NCBI RefSeq assembly: GCF_963921235.1
Contig: NC_086108.1
Location: 31,684,001 to 31,748,000 of the forward strand
DNA: 64,000 bases
Reading direction: 5' to 3'
From: Mobula hypostoma
Lineage: Eukaryota
This document shows positions 59,225-64,000 of this stretch, in pieces; within the stretch, counting starts at the first letter, position 1, and every line of letters starts with the position of its first letter. The notes under the pieces are model-generated. The model saw only the letters and a program-made list of their open reading frames with translations. It was not told the origin of the DNA and did no database searches. Both the position numbers and the translations under genes were made by a program.

Positions 59225-62200
59225 TTTAGACCATCAGACATAGGAGTAGAAATAGACCATTCAGCCCATCGAGGCTGCTCCACCATTTCATCATGGTTGA
59301 TCCATTTTCCTTCTCAGACCCAATATCCTCCCTTCTCCCCATATCCCTTCATGCACTGACTACTCAATAATCTATCAACCTCTGCCTTAAATATACTCAT
59401 GACTTGGCCTTCACAGACGCCTGTGGCAACAAATTCCACAGACACCGCTCTCTAGCTAAAGAAATTCATCCTCATCTCTGCTCTAAATGGGTGTCCGTCT
59501 ATTCTGAGGCTGTCCCCTGTAGTCTTAGATGCTCTCACTCTATCAAGGCCTTTCAACATTTTTTCATGGTTTCAGTGAGGTCAGCCCTCATTCTACTAAA
59601 CTCCAGTAAGTAGAGGCCCAGAGCCATCAAATAAACCTCATATGACAATCCTGGAATCATTTTTGTAAACCTCCTTTGAACCCTCTCCAATGTCAGCAAA
59701 TCCTTTCTTGCACAAGGGGTCCAAAACTGCTCACAATACTCCAAGTGAGATCACACGAGTGCTTTCTCAAGCTCAACATTACATCCTTGCTTTTATATTC
59801 TAGTCCTCTCTAATTGAATGCTGACGTTGCATTTGCCTTCCTCACCACCATCTCAACCTAAGTTAACCTTTAGGTAATCCTGCAAAAAGATTCCCAAGTC
59901 TTTTTACACCTCCGACTTTTGAATTTTCCATTTGGAAAATGTCTACACTTTTATTTCTTCTACCAAAGTGTACCACCATAAACTTTATTCCATCTGTCAC
60001 TTCTTTGCCCATTTCCCTAACCTGTCTAAGACCTTCCGTAAACTCTGCTTCCTCAAAACTACCTGCCCCTCCACTTAATCTTTGTATCAAATCTTTGGTC
60101 ACAAATCCTAACATCCAAATCGTTGACACAAAAAGAATCTATCCCAACACAAAGCCCTATGGAACACTAGTCACCAGCAGCCAACCAGAAAAGGCTCCCA
60201 TTCTTTGCCTCCTGCCAATCAACCAATGCTTTATTCATACTAGAATATTTCCTGTACCATGGGCTCGTAGCTTGTATGTGGCACCTTGTCAAAGGCCTTC
60301 TGAAATTCCAAGTACATAACATCCACCAATTCTTTGTCTATCCCACTTGTTATTTCTTCAAAGAATCCAACAGACTTTTCAGGCAAGATTATCCCTTAAG
60401 GTAGCCATGCTGATTAGTCTATTTTATCATGTGCCTCCAAGTATCCTGACACCACATCCTTAACAATTGACACCAACATCTTCCCAACTACTGAGGTCAG
60501 GCTAACTGGCCTATAATTTCCTTTCTTCTGCCTCTCTCCCTTTTTGAAGAGTGAGGTAATGTTTGCAATTTTCCATTCCTCGAGAACCATTCCAGAATCA
60601 ATCGATTCTTGAAAGATCATTACTAATGCCTCAACAATCTCGTCAGACACGATTTTCAGAACACAAGAACATAAGAAATAGGAGCAGGAGTAGACCATCC
60701 GGCCCATCGAGCCCGCCCCACCATTCAATAGGATCATGGCTGATCTGTCTGTAAACTCAGCTCCATCTACCTGCCTTTTCTCCATAACCCTTAATTCCCT
60801 TACTATGTAAAAACCTGTTTCTTAAATATATTTTAGTGAAGAAGCCTCAATTGCTTCCCTAGGCAGAGAATTTGACTGATTCACCACTCTCTGGGAAAAA
60901 CAGTCCTAAATTTTCTCCCCAGAATCTTGAGGCAATGTCCCCTAGTTCTAGTCTCACCAACCAATGGAAACAACTTTCCTACTTCTATCTTATCTATCCC
61001 TTTCAAAATTTTGTATGTTTCTATAAGATCCCCTCTCATTCTTCTGAACTCCCAAGCGGACTCAATCTCTCCTCGTAGGTTAACTCCCTTCATCCCTGGA
61101 ATCAACCTGGTGAACCTCTTCTGCACTGCCTCCAAAGCCAGTATATCCTTCCTCAAGTGTGCAGACCAGAACTGCACACAGTACTCCAGGTGCAGCCTCA
61201 CCAGTACCCTGTATAGTTGCAGCATGACCTCCCTGCTCTTGAATTCAATCCCTCCAGCAATGAAAGCCAACATTCCCTTTGCCTTCTTAATAACCTGTTG
61301 TACTGCAAGCCAACTTTTGCAATTCATGCGCAAGCACTCCCAAATCCCTCTGCACAACAGCATGCTGCAATCTTTCACCATTTAAGTAGTAATCTGCTCT
61401 TCTATTATTCCTTCCAAATTGGATAATCTTGCATTTACCAACATTGTATTCCATCTGCCAGACCTTGGCCACTTTTAACCTATCTACATCCCTCTGTACT
61501 CTCCACATCCTCTGCACAATTTGCTTTTCCACTCAGTTTAGTGTCATCAGCAAATTTTGCTATGCTACACTTAGTCCCCTCTTCCAAATCATCAATGTAA
61601 ATGGTAAACAGCCATGGGCCTAGCACCGACCCCTGCGGCAGCCCACTCACCACAGACTGACAACCAAAGAAACACCCATTTATACCGACTCTCTGCCTTC
61701 TGTTGGTTAACCAATCCACTATCCATGCCAATACACTCCCTACGACTCCATACATCTGTATTTTATTTATAAGTCTCTTGCGCTGCACCTTATCAAACAC
61801 CTTCTGGAAATCCAAGTATACAACATCCTCCTGGTCCCCTCTATCCATTACACTCATATGTCCTCAAAGAACTCCAGTAACTTTGTCAAACAGGAACTCT
61901 CCCTTTTCTGAATCCATGCTGAATCTGTCTAATAGAACCCTGGGGTGTACTTCATCTGGTCCAGGTGACTTAACTTCAGACCTTCCATTTTCCCAAGAAT
62001 CTTCTCCCTAGTAGTGGCAACACCAGAAACTTCTACCCCTGACATTCTTGAACTTCTGGCATACCGCTAGTGTCCTCCACAGTGAAGACTGATGCAAAAT
62101 ACTTAATTTGTTCATCCACTATTTCCTTGTCGATTACTATCTCTCCAGTATCATTTTCCAGTGGTCCAATATCTACTCTCCTCTCATTTTAATACTGTAT

Positions 62201-63100
62201 ATCTGAATAAACTTTTGGTTTCTTCTTTAATATTATCGGCTAGATTACTTTCACATTCCAGCCTTTCCTTCATAATGACACTTTTTTAGTTGCCTTTTGC
62301 TGGTTTTTAAAAGCTTCCCAATCCTCCAATTTACCACTAATTTTTGTTCTATTATATGCCCTCTCTTTGGCTTTTACGTTGGCTTTGACTTCTTTTGTCA
62401 GCCAGTTTTGTCATCCCACCTTTAGAACACTTCTTTATTCTTGGGATGTGCATATCCTGTGCCTTCTGAATTGTTCCCAGATTGCCATTGCTGCTCTATC
62501 ATCCTTGCTATAGTTGTTTTCCGATCAATTTTGGCCAGCTCATCTCTCATGCCTCTGTAATTCCTCTTTACCCCACTGTGATACTGACTTTAGCTTCCTC
62601 CTCTTAAATTGCAGGGTGAACTCTATCATATTATGATCACTGTTCCTTAAAGATTCCTTTACCTTAAGCTTTCTAATCAATTCTGGAATTTACTCTTCAG
62701 GACCTCCTCAGCTTTCCGACCTGTCATTGTTGCCAATATGGTGTCAAGACTTCTGGCTACTCACACACCCCCTTCAGAATGCCATGGATCCAGTCTAAGA
62801 TAGGGCCCTGACCCTGACAACTGGAAGGCAACACTTCATACGGGTGTCTCTATCACAAACACAGAATCTCATCTCTGTTCCTCAATGGAGTCTCCATTGC
62901 AGTCCACATCACCTCTCTTCTCTTCTGAGCCACAGCACCAGAGACCAGGTGTCTGTGGCTCCACCCGGTGGATTGCCCACTCAACAGTATCCAAAGTTGT
63001 TATTGAGGAGAATGGCCATAGGAGCACTCTGCACTTGCTGCCCATTTCCTTTCCTTCTCCTTACAGCTGCAAGGTTGATCCAGCCTCCAAGATACTTGTC
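59225..63100 (-). mobile_element. Decayed CR1 with a second CR1 subfamily copy nested at about 60658-61932
   Basis: ORFs 59553-59744, 60414-60785, 60881-61381 and 61480-61857. An internal 3' tail AGAACACAAGAACATAAGAAATAGG lies at about 60658, with AGAAC at both junctions. Confidence 0.8.
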
Positions 63101-63384
63101 ACTCAAATAATGCATTCCATATCTTCTCCAATGTTACTGTTTGCTTTCTTTCATTGCTCCAAAGCTTATCACAAGCAACAGCCAAAATGCAGGAGAAAGT
63201 TGGCTGCATCTGCGGAGGGAAATGGACAGTCGAAATTTCAGGTCAAGTCCCTTAAAGTGTATTGAAAGATAGAAGGATTACAGAGATGGTGAGAAAGGAT
63301 GGAGCAAAAGTTTCTGCTCTGCAGAATTTGTCTTGTTCCTGATTTAATGGTAGCTCTTACACCAGTCAGGCTGAAGGCGGTCAA

Positions 63385-64000
63385 CACAAAAAGTTGCACC
63401 TGAACTCAATGGACACCAATATCCTTAAGAGTGGGTTTGCTAGAGTTGTTGGGGAGGGTTTAATTTAGCAGGGGGGGAACCACAGTGATAGGGCTGAGGA
63501 TGGGGCGGTTGTTATACAAGTAGATGCTCTAAACAATGTTTGTGGGAAGCTAGAGGACTGGAAAGCTTTTAAAAATCAACAGAAAGCAACTGAAAAAGCA
63601 AGGAGCAAAAGGTGAAATACAAAGGTAAGCAAGCCAATAACTTAAAAGGATACTAAAAGCTTTTTCAGATATATAAAGAGTAAAAGAAAGGTGAGAATAC
63701 ATGTCAAACAACTGGAAAATGACGCTGCGAGGTAGAACTAGGGGACAAGGAAATTGTATACAAACTTAAGTACTTTGTATCAGTCTTCACTGTGGAAGAT
63801 ATGAGCAGTATGCTTGAAATTCAAGAGCGTCATGGGACTGAAGTAAGTGCCTTTGGTATTACTAAGGAGAAGGTGTTTGGGAAGCTGATAGGTCTGAAGA
63901 TAGGTAAGAAATCCTGGACCAGATGGACTACACCCAGGGGTGCTGAATGAGGTAGATGAAGAGATTGTGGAGGCATTAGTAATCTTTTAAGAATCACTAC
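63385..64000 (+). mobile_element. CR1 fragment running off the window end
   Basis: LHLNSMDTNIL (ORF1 end), then ORF2 pieces (FVSVFTVED, PGPDGLHPRG); similar to 54496-54765. Confidence 0.75.

Overview
Eukaryotic, repeat-saturated genomic DNA, probably intronic or intergenic. It is most consistent with a cartilaginous fish (shark or ray), inferred from the mix of CR1/HER1-type LINEs, V-domain SINEs, Rex1/Babar LINEs and Penelope elements. I recognised no host protein-coding gene; nearly all ORFs are fragments of decayed transposable elements. Main contents: (1) a 12.4-kb minus-strand Gypsy LTR element (2574-14978) carrying a nested chromovirus-type Gypsy, a nested Penelope fragment and three internal tandem amplifications; (2) an RT-deleted 3-kb Gypsy (23495-26503); (3) a three-level nest of an R2-group Hero element, a Rex1 3' end and a nearly intact CR1 (38879-42980); (4) many CR1, Rex1, L1, RTE and Penelope fragments, tRNA-derived SINEs, solo LTRs, hAT and Tigger DNA-transposon remnants, and a 5' U2 snRNA fragment. 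The most interesting signal is in the Hero 3' UTR (42817-42935). It has all three hammerhead ribozyme core segments with perfectly complementary stems I and III, but in an inverted, multiply pseudoknotted strand order that matches none of the standard type I/II/III permutations. A conventional minimal hammerhead also lies at the end of the Penelope insert (10658-10695). All coordinates were read by eye, and the edges of decayed repeats are approximate.
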